Made by a program: the position numbers and the translations under genes. The notes beneath the pieces are model-generated. The model did no database searches, was not told the DNA's origin, and was given only the letters and a program-made list of their open reading frames with translations. A stretch of DNA of 51,766 nt, the filler included, from Bipalium vagum (lineage: Eukaryota), in NCBI GenBank assembly GCA_037834085.1. It is 3 parts of 3 records of this genome, joined end to end, with 100 filler letters (N's around TTAATTAATTAA, not from the genome) between each part and the next. Parts side by side here need not be neighbours in the genome. Positions count along the whole stretch, not along the records: positions 35,327 to 51,766 come from JBBMKC010111139.1; 2 more parts are not named here. One strand, written 5' to 3'. Positions 51,311-51,766 of this stretch are shown here, piece by piece. Within the stretch, counting starts at the first letter, position 1. Each line of letters begins with the position of its first letter.

Positions 51311-51766
51311 AATTAATAAGACGAAGAGGGATTAATTCAATATACTTGATTGTGGTTTAAGATAATGGGGCATGGAGATAAAAATTATGTGATAATTACT
51401 TTAACTACATTTATGGTAATTAATAACTTCCGTGTTTCATTTCTATAGACGGGTCCACAAAAGATGTCATTTTAAAAAACCAAATATTTTTAACAAACAA
51501 AAATAAATATATCATTGCTATGCATTTTTGTGTCGGTAACATTTTTTTAAAAAACGACATTTTCATGGACTCTTCTATAATATTTATTCTAATTCTTCTT
51601 AATTTTTTAAATTGAATATTTATTTATTATATATATACATTGCGTGTAAAAAGTCTGTTCACCCCCTATAAAAAATACTAATTTTAATGGAAAAGAATAT
51701 TTTAAACAACGAAATTTATTAAATGAACAAGTCTTAATATTGAATAGGATATCCCTTTGATTTCTT

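Overview
Very AT-rich eukaryotic (invertebrate) draft-genome DNA. A planarian flatworm is a plausible but unproven source. The window is not one contiguous locus: two artificial 100-nt spacers (N44-TTAATTAATTAA-N44, at 18864-18963 and 35227-35326) join three scaffolds, A (1-18863), B (18964-35226) and C (35327-51766). Scaffold A carries the 5' part of a ceramide transfer protein gene (CERT1/COL4A3BP-like, minus strand). Its PH domain is split by a ~13.8 kb intron filled with decayed mariner, RLE-type non-LTR, Gypsy-like and Penelope-like relics. Scaffold B carries six 5' coding exons of dihydrolipoamide dehydrogenase (DLD, minus strand, cut off by the scaffold end), an intronless 336-aa ORF resembling a degenerate DH(RhoGEF)-BAR protein, an intronless 268-aa secreted orphan, several TIR elements, and a ~300-bp miniature LTR retroelement (TRIM) whose LTRs contain a tRNA-Ala-derived Pol III promoter sequence. 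That TRIM is the most interesting object in the window. Scaffold C holds an inverted duplication that preserves the empty site of a 991-bp solo LTR (TG...CA, 4-bp TSD), many Tc1/mariner relics, and an intronless Na+/K+-ATPase beta-subunit-like gene whose stop codon is the first unit of a (TAA)n microsatellite. All family calls come from manual translation and motif recall; no database searches were run.
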